From the NCBI GenBank assembly GCA_016869435.1, contig VGEB01000003.1:1008-65007 (forward strand): 64,000 bases of DNA. The letters run 5' to 3'. The notes beneath the pieces are model-generated. The model did no database searches. It saw only the letters and a list, made by a program, of their open reading frames with translations, and had not been told where the DNA came from. A program made the position numbers and the translations under genes. The DNA comes from Alphaproteobacteria bacterium. Lineage in GTDB: Bacteria; Pseudomonadota; Alphaproteobacteria; Rhizobiales; Beijerinckiaceae. Below, piece by piece: positions 1-10,392 of the stretch; position 1 is the stretch's first letter, and the number at the start of each line of letters is the position of its first letter.

Positions 1-483
1 GACGCGCATCGTTTCGACTTGCCGCGCCCGATGCTCGGTCGGCAAGGCGCCGACTTTTCGCTATCTGGTCTCAAAACCGCCGTTCGGCAGGAAATCCTCA
101 AGCTGCAAGCGCCGAATGAAAAGGACGTGAGGGATCTTGCGGCCTCCTTCCAAGCCGCGATCGTCGACGTGATCGTGGACAGAGTGCGCGCCGGCGTGCG
201 GCTCTTCGCCGAAAATGAGGGGCGGGCGCCGCAGGGCTTTGTCATCGGCGGCGGAGTCGCCGCCAACGGCGCCATTCGCCGCGCGCTGATGCGACTATGC
301 GCCGAAAGCGGCCTGAGGTTCATTTCGCCGCCGCCGGCGCTCTGCGCCGACAATGGCGCGATCATCGCTTGGGCGGGACTCGAGCGTCTCAAGCGTGGAC
401 TGACCGACGATCTCGACTTTGCTGCGCGTCCGCGCTGGCCGCTCGACGCTGCGCCAAGCCGGTCGCATCACGGCAAGGCGTGA
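1..483 (+). CDS. tsaD: tRNA t6A synthesis protein TsaD, 3' part (5' end lies outside the window)
   Basis: Frame is open from base 1. Motifs [17 protein letters not shown] and [12 protein letters not shown] are present, and gpsA lies downstream as usual. Confidence 0.95.
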   Translation, partial: DAHRFDLPRPMLGRQGADFSLSGLKTAVRQEILKLQAPNEKDVRDLAASFQAAIVDVIVDRVRAGVRLFAENEGRAPQGFVIGGGVAANGAIRRALMRLCAESGLRFISPPPALCADNGAIIAWAGLERLKRGLTDDLDFAARPRWPLDAAPSRSHHGKA

Positions 484-494
484 GGCGCGCCTCG

Positions 495-1046
495 ATGCGA
501 TTTCTTTTCCTGGCGGCGCTTGGGGCCATGACGCTCGCGCCAATGCCGCAACCGTCCGGACTCCTTGCCGAAGAGCCGACGGTCGCTGGCGTGCGCGTGC
601 TCTACGGACCTGGCGAGGGCTTCGGTTCCGTCGACGCGCGGCTTATCGGCGAGGCGCGCCGCTCGATCGACATGGCGGCGTATGTCTTGACTGACCGCTC
701 GCTGACGACGGCGCTTGGCCGCGCCGCCATGCGTGGCGTAAAGGTGCGCATCTATCTGGACGGCGATGACATGAGCCGCGGCGCTCCAGCCATCGAAGAG
801 ATCGCCGACGCCCCCAATATCGAGATTCGCCGCAAGGGCCGTTCGCGCGATCTGATGCATCTCAAATCGTATCAAGTGGACGGACGCATCTTACGCAGCG
901 GCTCGGCGAATTTCTCGATCTCGGGCGAAATTTATCAGGACAATGATCTGATCGTGATTGAAAGCCCGCAGGCGGCGGCCCGGTTTCGCGAAGCATTCGA
1001 GAGGCTGTGGTCGCGGTCCGACAATCAGCGGGTTGGCCTGAGATGA
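495..1046 (+). CDS. Phospholipase D superfamily protein with a single HKD motif (Nuc-like nuclease) and a probable signal peptide
   Basis: HLKSYQVD...SGSANFS matches HxKxxxxD...GSxN, and IDMAAYVLTD is present. The N-terminus MRFLFLAALGAMTLA is hydrophobic. ATG at 495. Confidence 0.85.
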   Translation: MRFLFLAALGAMTLAPMPQPSGLLAEEPTVAGVRVLYGPGEGFGSVDARLIGEARRSIDMAAYVLTDRSLTTALGRAAMRGVKVRIYLDGDDMSRGAPAIEEIADAPNIEIRRKGRSRDLMHLKSYQVDGRILRSGSANFSISGEIYQDNDLIVIESPQAAARFREAFERLWSRSDNQRVGLR

Positions 1047-2032
1047 CGCGGGCGACGGTCGCCGTGCTCGGCGCAGGCGCCTGGGGCGTCGCGCTCGCCA
1101 ATGTCGCCGCCCATGGCCGCGCGCGCGTTCCGCTGTGGGCGCATGATCCGAGGACTGCACAGGCGCTTGCGCGCGACCGTGAGAACAGGCGCCGACTGCC
1201 GGGATTGCCGCTTGCCGCCGCCGTCGCGCCAACCGCGGACATTTCGATTTTGCATGAAGCGGAAATCGTTCTCGCGGTGACGCCCGCACAAGCGATACGC
1301 ATGACGGCGCGGGCCGCGCGGCCTTACATGCGCGACGGCGCCGCTTTCGTGATCTGCGCCAAGGGCATCGAGCGCGATAGCCGCAAATTCCTGAGCGATG
1401 TTGCGCGCGAAGAACTGCCCCAGGCCGACATCGCGGCGCTTTCGGGACCGAGCTTCGCGGCGGATGTCTGCCGCGGGCTGCCGACGGCGGTCACGCTCGC
1501 GGCGCATGACGAGCCGCTGGCGCGATGCCTTTGCGAAGAGCTTTCGACAAAGACGTTCCGGCTTTATCGCTCAACTGACGTGCGCGGCGTCGAGATCGGC
1601 GGGGCGGCGAAAAATGTCCTCGCCATCGCCGCGGGCATGAGCCATGGCCGTGGGCTGGGCGCGAGCGCGCAGGCGGCGCTTATCGCGCGCGGATTCGCCG
1701 AGCTGATGCGCCTCGGGCGCGCGCTTGGCGCGCGTCAGGAGACGTTGATGGGTCTTTCCGGGTTGGGCGACCTCGTTCTCACCTGCGGCTCGGCGCAATC
1801 GCGCAATTTCGCGCTCGGCGAAGCGCTGGGGCGGGGAGAATCGGCGAAGGACGCCGCGCATGGCAAGCTCGCGGAAGGCGCCTTTACGGCGCGCGTTCTC
1901 GTCGAAATGGCGCACGCCCATCAGATCGAGTTGCCGATCGCTGAAGCTGTCGACGCCATTCTTTCGGAGCGCCTGAGCGTCGACGACGCCATTGAAGCTC
2001 TTCTGCTGCGTCCGCTAAAAGCAGAAAGCTGA
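1043..2032 (+). CDS. gpsA: NAD(P)H-dependent glycerol-3-phosphate dehydrogenase
   Basis: GAGAWG, CAKGIE, LSGPSFA, GGAAKNVLAIAAG and GLSGLGDLVLTC...SRN motifs. The start overlaps the upstream stop (ATGA). Confidence 0.95.
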   Translation: MTRATVAVLGAGAWGVALANVAAHGRARVPLWAHDPRTAQALARDRENRRRLPGLPLAAAVAPTADISILHEAEIVLAVTPAQAIRMTARAARPYMRDGAAFVICAKGIERDSRKFLSDVAREELPQADIAALSGPSFAADVCRGLPTAVTLAAHDEPLARCLCEELSTKTFRLYRSTDVRGVEIGGAAKNVLAIAAGMSHGRGLGASAQAALIARGFAELMRLGRALGARQETLMGLSGLGDLVLTCGSAQSRNFALGEALGRGESAKDAAHGKLAEGAFTARVLVEMAHAHQIELPIAEAVDAILSERLSVDDAIEALLLRPLKAES

Positions 2033-2057
2033 TCTCGTCTCAAGGGCGGCAGGTCGT

Positions 2058-3932
2058 CTAGTTCGAATCCAAAATCTCGCGCATCTTCACGGCGAGCTGC
2101 TCCAGAGTGAACGGCTTCGAAAGCAGCTTGACGCCTGGGTCGAGAACGCCATTGTGCAGGATGGCGTTGCGCGTATAGCCGGTAATGAAAAGCACACGCA
2201 GACTGTGTCGACGAAAAACCGCCTCCCGTGCGAGACGCGCGCCGTCCATATCCGGCATGACAACGTCGGTAAGCATCAAGTTGATGTCGGGCCGCTGCCG
2301 AATGATGTCGATCGCCGCGCGTCCGTTCTCGGCTTCCAGAACGGTGTATCCCAATTCGCGGATGCCCTGTGCGGTGACGCGGCGGGCCGTATCGTCGTCT
2401 TCGACGATGAGCACGATCTCTTCCGGTCTTCCAAGCGGGAGCTGAAGAGGCTTCGACCTCGGCGCCGATACTGGCGCCGACGCTTCCGCGTGATCGAATC
2501 GCGGAAGATAAAGCTTGATGCAGGTTCCGAGTCCGGGTTCGGAATAGATTTTTACGTGTCCGCCCGATTGCTTGACGAATCCATGGACCTGCGAGAGCCC
2601 CAGTCCCGTGCCTTTGCCGGTCGGCTTTGTTGTAAAGAATGGATCGAAGGCCTGTGAAATGACCTCGGGCGACATGCCTTGACCCGTGTCGGTGACGGCG
2701 ATCATCACATATTGGCCAGGCTTCACTTCCATGTTTTCAGCGGCGTAGGCGTCATCGAGATAGCAATTGGCTGTCTCGATCGTCAGCTTGCCGCCGTTTG
2801 GCATCGCGTCGCGGGCATTGACCGCGAGATTGACGATAGCGCTTTCCAATTCGTGCTGATCGATTTTCGTCGACCATAGGCCGCCAGCGAGCACGGTTTC
2901 GAGTTCGATCCCTCCGCCAAGCGCGCGGCGCACCATGTCGGAAATGCTGGAGACGAACTTGTTCGGGTCGAGGGGTCGCGGCGACAATGGTTGTCGTCGC
3001 GAGAACGCGAGCAGCCTGCGCACCATCGCCGCCGCGCGATCGGCCCCGTCCATCGCCGAGTCGATGAGCTGGACAAATTCGCCGTCCGAACCCGCAAGTT
3101 TCCGCTGCAGCAGGTGAAGACTGGCGACGATGACGCCAAGCATGTTATTGAAGTCGTGCGCAATGCCGCCGGTAAGGTGACCGAGCGCTTCAAGCTTTTG
3201 CGCCTGCCGCAACTGTGACTCCAGCGCTTCGCGGCGCGTCGTTTCTGCGATCAGCTGGTCATAAGCGGACTTGAGCGAGTCGCGCGACGTTTGCAGCGAC
3301 GTCATTTGTTTTTTCGCGTTGAGAAGCGAGAATATCCCCAGAACGAGGATTATCGCTCCGACCGTCCAAATGGCCGCGTCGAATTGGCCGCCCGCGGCGT
3401 TGAGCTCGCGCTCGCGCGACTCAAGCAAACTTCCCTCAGATTCGATCATCGCGCCGATTACCGCGCGGAGCCGATCCATCAGCGCTTTTCCGCGTCCGGA
3501 CTTGATAATGTCGACCGCCTTGTCGAACTGGCCAGCGCGCGTGGCGGCGATCGTATCATTGATAATCTCCAGCCTTTCGCCAAGCAGCGGCCGTATCTCC
3601 GCGATGGACTGAAGCTGCTGGGGATTGTCCCTCACCAGTTCCGAAAGCTGGTCGAGAAGACCGGAGAGTTTGGCCGAAGCTTCGCTGCAGGGCTCCAGGT
3701 AGCGCTCATCCCGAGTGATCATGAAGCCGCGTTGGCCGCTCTCGGCGCCCTGGAGCAACCCGGAAAACTGATAAAGGTCGCTTTGCACCATGAGGGTGTG
3801 GCGCATCCACGCCCCGGCCGCTCGGCGTTGGAATTCGGCGTGCACGGCGACATAAGCGGCGAGCGCAAGCACTGCGAAGCCCAAAGCGATGCCAAACAGT
3901 CCGGAAGCGAAGAATTTACGTGACGGAGACAT
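2058..3932 (-). CDS. Hybrid sensor histidine kinase (TM-CHASE3-TM-HisKA-HATPase-receiver)
   Basis: AESGQRGFMIT (CHASE3), GGIAHDFNNML (H-box), NLAVNARDAMP, DTGQGM, FFTTK...GTGLGL, and a receiver domain with LLTDVVMP-type and KPF motifs. Confidence 0.93.
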   Translation of the reverse strand: MSPSRKFFASGLFGIALGFAVLALAAYVAVHAEFQRRAAGAWMRHTLMVQSDLYQFSGLLQGAESGQRGFMITRDERYLEPCSEASAKLSGLLDQLSELVRDNPQQLQSIAEIRPLLGERLEIINDTIAATRAGQFDKAVDIIKSGRGKALMDRLRAVIGAMIESEGSLLESRERELNAAGGQFDAAIWTVGAIILVLGIFSLLNAKKQMTSLQTSRDSLKSAYDQLIAETTRREALESQLRQAQKLEALGHLTGGIAHDFNNMLGVIVASLHLLQRKLAGSDGEFVQLIDSAMDGADRAAAMVRRLLAFSRRQPLSPRPLDPNKFVSSISDMVRRALGGGIELETVLAGGLWSTKIDQHELESAIVNLAVNARDAMPNGGKLTIETANCYLDDAYAAENMEVKPGQYVMIAVTDTGQGMSPEVISQAFDPFFTTKPTGKGTGLGLSQVHGFVKQSGGHVKIYSEPGLGTCIKLYLPRFDHAEASAPVSAPRSKPLQLPLGRPEEIVLIVEDDDTARRVTAQGIRELGYTVLEAENGRAAIDIIRQRPDINLMLTDVVMPDMDGARLAREAVFRRHSLRVLFITGYTRNAILHNGVLDPGVKLLSKPFTLEQLAVKMREILDSN

Positions 3933-3994
3933 GTCGATCAGGCGACGGGCTGCAACGCAGAACAGTCTACGACGCGCATCAAATTTGCGAAAGG

Positions 3995-5827
3995 TCAGGG
4001 AACCTGCCGCACCGCGCCTTTCGCCGCGCTCGTCGTCATCGAAGCGTAGGCGCGCAGCGCCGTCGTAATCTTTCGCGGCCGGGGTTTAGCCGGGGCGAAT
4101 CCCTTGGCGGACTGTGCGGCGCGGCGCGCCGCGAGTTCGTCGTCAGCGACCGCAAGCGTGATCGTGCGCGCCGGAATATCGATTTCGATGCGATCGCCGT
4201 CTCTGACCAGCGCGATTGCGCCGCCTTCCGCCGCCTCGGGAGATACATGGCCGATGGACAGTCCCGCCGTGCCGCCGGAAAATCTTCCGTCGGTGACGAG
4301 AGCGCAGGCCTTTCCGAGCCCTTTCGACTTCAGATAACTCGTCGGATAGAGCATTTCCTGCATGCCGGGTCCGCCGCGCGGGCCTTCGTAACGGATGACG
4401 ACGACGTCGCCGGCCTTTACGTCGCCCGTAAGAATTCCCGAGACGGCGGCGTCCTGGCTTTCAAAGACCTTGGCGGCGCCGGCGAATTTCAGGATCGACT
4501 CGTCGACGCCAGCGGTTTTCACGATGCAGCCGTCGAGAGCGAGATTGCCGCTGAGCACCGCGAGCCCGCCATCCTTGGAGAAGGCGTGCGCGGCATCGCG
4601 TATCGCGCCTTTTTCGCGATCGCCGTCGAGTTCCTTGTAGCGGCGGTCCTGGCTGAAGGCGACTTGCGTCGGCACGCCGCCAGGCGCGGCGCGGAAGAAT
4701 GTGCGCGCCGTCTCGCTCTGCGTCACCGCGATGTCCCAGCGCGCCACCGCGTCGCTGATCGAGGGGCTGTGCACGGTCGGAAGATCGCCATGCAAAAGTC
4801 CGGCGCGCAACAGCTCGCCGAGAATGGCGATAACGCCGCCGGCGCGATGCACGTTCTCGAGATGAACGTCGGGCGCGGATGGCGCGACCTTGCAAAGAAC
4901 CGGCACCCGCCGCGACAGCCGGTCGATGTCGGCCATTGTGAAGTCGACCTGGGCCTCATGCGCCGCCGCAAGAAGATGCAGCACGGTATTGGTGGAGCCG
5001 CCCATGGCGATGTCGAGCGTGATGGCGTTCTCGAAGGCGTCGAAGCTCGCGATCGATCGCGGCAACACGCTTTCGTCGTTCTGCTCGTAATAGCGGCGCG
5101 CCAGATCGACGATGAGATGACCGGCTTCGACAAACAGGCGGCGACGATCGGCATGCGTGGCGAGCGCCGATCCATTGCCGGGAAGCGACAGACCTAATGC
5201 CTCCGTCAGACAGTTCATGCTGTTGGCCGTGAACATACCCGAACAGGAGCCGCAGGTCGGACAGGCGGAGCGTTCGATGGTCGCGACGTCCGCCTCGCTG
5301 ACCTCGTCGTCGGCGCCGGCGATGATCGCGTCGACCAGATCGAGCGCATGCTCCTTGCCGGCGAGCACGACTTTGCCTGCCTCCATCGGACCGCCGGAAA
5401 CGAATACCGTCGGAATGTTGAGACGCAGCGCCGCCATCAGCATGCCCGGCGTGATCTTGTCGCAATTGCTGATGCAGACAAGCGCGTCGGCGCAATGCGC
5501 ATTGACCATATATTCGACGCTGTCGGCGATGAGATCGCGCGAGGGCAGGGAGTAGAGCATCCCGTCGTGGCCCATGGCGATTCCGTCATCGATCGCGATG
5601 GTGTTGAATTCCTTTGCGACGCCTCCGGCCTTTTCAATCTCGGCGGCGACGAGCTGGCCAAGGTCCTTCAAATGGACATGACCCGGCACGAATTGCGTAA
5701 AGGAATTGGCGACGGCGATGATCGGCTTGCCGAAGTCTTCCTCCTTCATGCCCGTCGCGCGCCACAGGCCCCGCGCGCCGGCCATGTTGCGGCCGTGGGT
5801 CGTCGTGCGTGAACGATATGGAGGCAT
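3995..5827 (-). CDS. ilvD: Dihydroxy-acid dehydratase
   Basis: [64 protein letters not shown] and TDGRFSGG. Start placed at ATG 5827. Confidence 0.97.
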   Translation of the reverse strand: MPPYRSRTTTHGRNMAGARGLWRATGMKEEDFGKPIIAVANSFTQFVPGHVHLKDLGQLVAAEIEKAGGVAKEFNTIAIDDGIAMGHDGMLYSLPSRDLIADSVEYMVNAHCADALVCISNCDKITPGMLMAALRLNIPTVFVSGGPMEAGKVVLAGKEHALDLVDAIIAGADDEVSEADVATIERSACPTCGSCSGMFTANSMNCLTEALGLSLPGNGSALATHADRRRLFVEAGHLIVDLARRYYEQNDESVLPRSIASFDAFENAITLDIAMGGSTNTVLHLLAAAHEAQVDFTMADIDRLSRRVPVLCKVAPSAPDVHLENVHRAGGVIAILGELLRAGLLHGDLPTVHSPSISDAVARWDIAVTQSETARTFFRAAPGGVPTQVAFSQDRRYKELDGDREKGAIRDAAHAFSKDGGLAVLSGNLALDGCIVKTAGVDESILKFAGAAKVFESQDAAVSGILTGDVKAGDVVVIRYEGPRGGPGMQEMLYPTSYLKSKGLGKACALVTDGRFSGGTAGLSIGHVSPEAAEGGAIALVRDGDRIEIDIPARTITLAVADDELAARRAAQSAKGFAPAKPRPRKITTALRAYASMTTSAAKGAVRQVP

Positions 5828-6012
5828 TGAACTCTCGTCGTCGCGAAGGTTCGTCGTTCGAACCATTTCAGAGACGACTAGCGCAGCGAATGAAACGCCG
5901 CAACCGTGGGCGGCGCCGACTCGCCCCGACTTTGGAGGCGTTGGGCTTGACCTTGGGCCCAACGCAAGCGCGCGACGAGAAGTTTAACTCTCGCGCAGCC
6001 CTTTAAACACGC

Positions 6013-6270
6013 TCAAGCCGCGCGGCGTTCAGCCGACGTCAGCAGCTGAGTGACGCAATCTCGAACGGCGTTGATCGAAGCGAAGCTCTGCCGACGCAGC
6101 ATAGAGACGGGGAATTCTATGTCGAAGGCTTCTTCAAGCGCGAGCATGGTGCGGATCGCTGCGAAAGGCGTCAATCCTGCGCCGTAGAGATCGTCAAGAT
6201 CCGACAATTGCGCCACCGGCATATGCAGACGGCCGTGCTCTTGCAACAGACGGCGTATGGTGTTCATCAT
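6013..6270 (-). CDS. Acyl/aminoacyl carrier protein-like protein with Pro at the phosphopantetheine Ser position
   Basis: DLYGAGLTPFAAIRTMLALEEAFDIEFP...RQSFASI resembles the rhizobial carrier-protein pattern DLYxAGLSSF...MLxLEExFDIEFP...SFASI. Confidence 0.8.
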   Translation of the reverse strand: MMNTIRRLLQEHGRLHMPVAQLSDLDDLYGAGLTPFAAIRTMLALEEAFDIEFPVSMLRRQSFASINAVRDCVTQLLTSAERRAA

Positions 6271-6508
6271 CGATTCCAACTCCAGGAGCTCCGCGAATTG
6301 AACCGCAGGGCTGCAGCGATGTCGGCGCGATAAGCGCGGTTGATTCCTAACAATCGTAACTAGTGCGGCAAGGATTCGGGCACCTCGCCTGAACGGAGGA
6401 TGAATTCGTGGCGTTCGCATCACGTTTTGGCTTACGAATGGTTAATCCAATACGCTGCCGCGCGCCCTACTGTGGCCATTTTTGTTTGGTCGCTCTATGT
6501 TAGACGCG

Positions 6509-7264
6509 ATGCGAATTCTGCCGCTTCTTCTCCTCACGATCATCGCCCTTTTGGCAGCCCTGCCTGTACGCCAGGCGGCGGCCGAGGAGTTGGGACCGCC
6601 GTCGATCGAATCGTTCGGAGAGGATGGCGAAAATTTCCTGTTCATTCCGGGCATTGGAAGAATTCCGCTGCCGCCCGGGACCCGCGCGCTTGGTCCGGGG
6701 CAGGGGGGAGGCGAATTAGCGCCCGAGCGGCGCGCGCCTGCGGCAGGACCGCCTGCAAGCCCTAAAGACCCTGCCGAGCGGCGGGCGGAAGAATTGGCGC
6801 GGCTTTATCTGCGCCTGGAGCAGGCCGAGGATGAGCGCGAGGCCAAGAGCGTCGCGGCGGCGATCTTCAACCGCTGGTCGCGCTCGGAGTCGGACACGAT
6901 CAATTTGCTTGCGGCCCGCGCCCTTGCGGCGACCGACGCCGGCGCGCCTGCGCTCGCGCTGAGCTTGCTCGACTATGTCGTCACGCTCGCCCCGCAGTGG
7001 TCCGAAGGCTTTGTGCTGAGGGCGAAAGTGCGGGCCGAGCAGGGCGACGACGTTAGCGCCGTCGCCGACCTTGAAATTGCGTCAACGCTCGACCCGAAGC
7101 GTTTCGACGCCTTCGCCGCTCTCGGCGCGCTCAAGGAAAAATCCGGGGACAAGAAAGGCGCGCTCGCCGCCTATCGAAAGTCGCTCGCCATCTCGCCCCA
7201 GCAGGAATCGCTCCGAAAAATCGAGGAGCGCCTACATATTGAGATCGAAGGCCGCGATATCTGA
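6509..7264 (+). CDS. Exported TPR-repeat protein
   Basis: Signal peptide, Pro-rich linker and TPR-like helices ([51 protein letters not shown]). Confidence 0.75.
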   Translation: MRILPLLLLTIIALLAALPVRQAAAEELGPPSIESFGEDGENFLFIPGIGRIPLPPGTRALGPGQGGGELAPERRAPAAGPPASPKDPAERRAEELARLYLRLEQAEDEREAKSVAAAIFNRWSRSESDTINLLAARALAATDAGAPALALSLLDYVVTLAPQWSEGFVLRAKVRAEQGDDVSAVADLEIASTLDPKRFDAFAALGALKEKSGDKKGALAAYRKSLAISPQQESLRKIEERLHIEIEGRDI

Positions 7265-7280
7265 AGCTGCGGGGAGTGAG

Positions 7281-7889
7281 ATGACGACCGAAAGGCAGGC
7301 TACGGGTTCGATTGCGCCCGAAGCTTTGGAGCAGCTGTTTACCGGCGCCCGGACTCATAACGGCTGGCTTGACAAGGAGGTCCCCGACAGCGTGCTCGAA
7401 CGCGCGGTGGACTACGCCAAATGGGGGCCGACGAGCGCCAATTGCTCGCCGATGCGCGTCGTCTTCGTGCGCTCGCGCGAGGCGAAGGCCCGACTCGCGC
7501 CGGCGATGTCGGACGCCAACCGTCCGAAGACCATGGCTGCGCCGGCCACGGCGATCGTCGCCTATGATCTCGACTTTCCAGAGCATCTTCCGCGCCTTTA
7601 TCCCGCGACGGACGCCCGTTCATGGTTCGTCGGCAACGACGTCTTGATCGAAGAGACCGCCTTTCGCAATGGTTCGCTCCAGGGAGCCTATCTGCTGCTC
7701 GCGCTTCGCGCGGTAGGACTCGATTGCGGACCGATGAGCGGCTTCGACAGGGCGAAGGTCGACGCAGAATTTTTTGCCGGCACGCGGATTAAGTCCAACT
7801 TTCTGATCAATATCGGATATGGCGATCACGCGAAGCTCTATCCTCGCGGACCAAGATTCGATTTCGAGGAAATCGCCAGCATTCTCTAG
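7281..7889 (+). CDS. rutE: Nitroreductase-family malonic semialdehyde reductase (RutE-like)
   Basis: [37 protein letters not shown] and [11 protein letters not shown]. Confidence 0.85.
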   Translation: MTTERQATGSIAPEALEQLFTGARTHNGWLDKEVPDSVLERAVDYAKWGPTSANCSPMRVVFVRSREAKARLAPAMSDANRPKTMAAPATAIVAYDLDFPEHLPRLYPATDARSWFVGNDVLIEETAFRNGSLQGAYLLLALRAVGLDCGPMSGFDRAKVDAEFFAGTRIKSNFLINIGYGDHAKLYPRGPRFDFEEIASIL

Positions 7890-7900
7890 GAGGCCGCCAT

Positions 7901-8290
7901 ATGACTTTGCGAATTATTCCGCAACGCTTCGCCCCGCAGGCGCAGGGCTTGCTGCGCATCGCCGCCGCTCTGCTTTTTCTGCAGCACGGAACGGCCAAGC
8001 TCTCCGGCGTTCCGCACGTCGCCATGTTTGACGGGTTGCAACTGATCTCGCTTCTGGGCGCGGCGGGGATTATCGAACTTGTCGGCGGCGTATTGATTCT
8101 GCTTGGCCTGTTCACCCGGCCCGTCGCCTTTGTTCTTTCGGGCCAGATGGCGGTCGCCTATTTCTTTTTTCACGCCGGTCAGGAGTTCTGGCCGATCCTC
8201 AACAAGGGAGAGCTCGCCGCCCTCTACTGCTTCGTTTTTCTGTTCTTTGCGGCGGCGGGTCCGGGCGCCTTCGCGCTCGACCGCGAGTAG
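7901..8290 (+). CDS. DoxX family membrane protein
   Basis: LLRI...FLQHGTAKL, ELVGGVLILLGLFTRPVAF, GQMAVAYF, NKGELA and GPGAFALD. Confidence 0.9.
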   Translation: MTLRIIPQRFAPQAQGLLRIAAALLFLQHGTAKLSGVPHVAMFDGLQLISLLGAAGIIELVGGVLILLGLFTRPVAFVLSGQMAVAYFFFHAGQEFWPILNKGELAALYCFVFLFFAAAGPGAFALDRE

Positions 8291-8354
8291 CGTCGCGGCG
8301 CATGAGCCGCTACTTCTATTGACAATGGACGCCGGGAACATATTCCCTTGCGCT

Positions 8355-8963
8355 ATGTCCGAGACGGCTGTCACCGCAAAGCGACGTTCCCAAGCGCTGG
8401 CGCTGCCCAATCTGCTTACCTATGGCCGCGTCGTCGCCGTTCCGGTGGTCGCGGGACTGCTTCTTGGCTTCACCGAGCATTGGGCGCGATGGACGGCGCT
8501 CGGGGTTTTCACCGCCGCGGCCGTGACGGATTTTCTCGACGGTTATTTCGCGCGGATATGGCAACAGCATTCGCCGCTCGGACGGATGCTTGATCCGATC
8601 GCCGACAAGCTGCTCGTGGCGACGACTCTTATGGCGCTCGTCGCCGACCAAACCCTCGCCGGCTGGACGATCTGGGCGGCGATCATCATCCTGTGCCGGG
8701 AAATCCTCGTGTCGGGGTTGCGCGAGCATTTGGCCGAGCTCAAGGTGCGGCTGCCTGTCTCGGCCATCGCCAAGTGGAAAACGACGGCGCAGCTGGTGGC
8801 GCTGGGGTTCCTGATCGCCGGCCCGGCGGGCGAAGTCGTCCTTCCTGGCACGGTCAAGATCGGCGCGTCTCTCCTGTGGGCCGCTGCGATCCTGACGCTT
8901 TACACAGGTTTCGACTATCTGCAGTCGGCATGGGACCATTTCGGGGAAGACGGGCCGGGATGA
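8355..8963 (+). CDS. pgsA: CDP-diacylglycerol--glycerol-3-phosphate 3-phosphatidyltransferase
   Basis: LPNLLTYGR, TDFLDGYFAR...GRMLDPIADK, REILVSGLRE and AKWKT. Confidence 0.95.
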   Translation: MSETAVTAKRRSQALALPNLLTYGRVVAVPVVAGLLLGFTEHWARWTALGVFTAAAVTDFLDGYFARIWQQHSPLGRMLDPIADKLLVATTLMALVADQTLAGWTIWAAIIILCREILVSGLREHLAELKVRLPVSAIAKWKTTAQLVALGFLIAGPAGEVVLPGTVKIGASLLWAAAILTLYTGFDYLQSAWDHFGEDGPG

Positions 8964-9211
8964 AGGCGCTGTATTTCGCTTGGGTGCGCGAACGCATCGG
9001 TCTGGCGGAAGAGGAGATTGCGCCGCCGGGCGATGTGGTCACGGTTCGCCAGCTGATCGACTGGCTTTCGGCGCGCGGCGAAGGCTATGCGGCCGCGTTC
9101 GCCAATCCGGCGACGATCCGCGCCGCGCTCGACAAGACCCATGCAGGACCGAATGCGCCGATCGGCGCCGCCCGCGAGATCGCCTTCTTCCCACCGATGA
9201 CGGGGGGGTGA
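8960..9211 (+). CDS. moaD: Molybdopterin synthase sulfur carrier subunit
   Basis: MKALYFAWVRERIG at the N-terminus and EIAFFPPMTGG at the C-terminus. ATGA overlap with pgsA. Confidence 0.95.
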   Translation: MKALYFAWVRERIGLAEEEIAPPGDVVTVRQLIDWLSARGEGYAAAFANPATIRAALDKTHAGPNAPIGAAREIAFFPPMTGG

Positions 9212-9212
9212 G

Positions 9213-9680
9213 ATGGCGCAGCCGCCGGCGCCCTCCGTGCACGTGCAGGCTGAGGATTTCGATCCCGGACGCGAACAGGCGCTGCTGACCCGGGGACGGC
9301 GGGACATCGGCGCGCTCGTCAGCTTCGTCGGCCTCTGCAGGGACGAAGACGGCGCGCTCGAGTCGCTGGAGCTCGAACATTATCCCGGCATGGCGGAAGC
9401 CGAGATCGCGCGCGTTGCGGATCAGGCGTTCGAGCGATGGCCCTTGCAGGGCCTCACCATCATTCATCGCTTCGGCCGCATCCGGGTTGGCGAGCGAATC
9501 GTTCTGGTGATCGTGGCGGCGCGCCGACGCGCTGACGCCTTTGCCGCCGCGGAATTTCTGATGGACTATCTCAAGACCCGCGCGCCCTTCTGGAAAAAGG
9601 AGCGCCGCGTCGACGGCGCCGCCGGAGATTGGGTCGAGGCGAAATCCGAGGACGACGCCGCCACTGAGCGCTGGCGCTAG
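9213..9680 (+). CDS. moaE: Molybdopterin synthase catalytic subunit
   Basis: GALVSFVG, LELEHYPGMAE, IIHRFG and MDYLKTRAPFWKKE. Confidence 0.95.
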   Translation: MAQPPAPSVHVQAEDFDPGREQALLTRGRRDIGALVSFVGLCRDEDGALESLELEHYPGMAEAEIARVADQAFERWPLQGLTIIHRFGRIRVGERIVLVIVAARRRADAFAAAEFLMDYLKTRAPFWKKERRVDGAAGDWVEAKSEDDAATERWR

Positions 9681-10267
9681 ATCAACTGCTGCGGCGCGAT
9701 GAGATGCGCGAGCCACCCGTGCAGCGCGACCATCGCGACCGCGAGAAACAGCGTCGCGAGGGTGAAGACATCGAGATTTTCTCTGGGCACGCGCATCATG
9801 GTCGGCAGACCGACGGAGAAAACATAGATTCCGTAAAAGCCGAGCACGTCCAGCCAGCGAAGGCCGGGTATCAGGCCAAAGAGCGAAGCCAGCCAGACCG
9901 GGGTATAGGAATAGGCGGTCAGCATCAGGGCGCGGCGGTCGTCGGTCTTTCCGTCGAAATGGGGCGCAATGGCCGATATGACGAAGGCGGCGAGAAAGAA
10001 AGCCGGGAGGCTGAGAAGATATTGAACGAAAGCGCGATAGAGCCCGGCCGCGAACGTCGGGTGCATGATTCCCTGCGAGCCATAGGAAAAGCCGAAGAGC
10101 CATGAGCCGAAAAAGCTCGCGAACGGCGGAAGCAGAGCCAATATCGCGATATAGCCGCGGTAGAGATCGAAGACCGACGTATCCTCGTTGGAGATCTGCG
10201 CCCACTCGGACTGCGGCGCCAGAATTAAGCCCTTGATCCGCGAGAATAATCTCATTCCCGTCTCCAT
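9677..10267 (-). CDS. Yip1 family membrane protein
   Basis: RIKGLILAPQSEW, several TM segments, APHFDG, and AYSYTPVWLA...LYGIY-like motif. Alternative start at 10255. Confidence 0.8.
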   Translation of the reverse strand: METGMRLFSRIKGLILAPQSEWAQISNEDTSVFDLYRGYIAILALLPPFASFFGSWLFGFSYGSQGIMHPTFAAGLYRAFVQYLLSLPAFFLAAFVISAIAPHFDGKTDDRRALMLTAYSYTPVWLASLFGLIPGLRWLDVLGFYGIYVFSVGLPTMMRVPRENLDVFTLATLFLAVAMVALHGWLAHLIAPQQLI

Positions 10268-10392
10268 TGATTCGCCGCAAGCGTGATAATAATCGGAGCG
10301 GGCTTGCGGGCGCTGGGCGCTCCATGCGAGGGAGAATGCGGCCACTGCGGCCGGTTCGGTGATCGACAGTGCAACCTAACGCGACGGGCCGC

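Noticed and set aside
6347-6445. CtrA boxes between the carrier protein and TPR genes
   Set aside because: Half-site spacings are 5-6 bp rather than 7, and the half-sites are degenerate.
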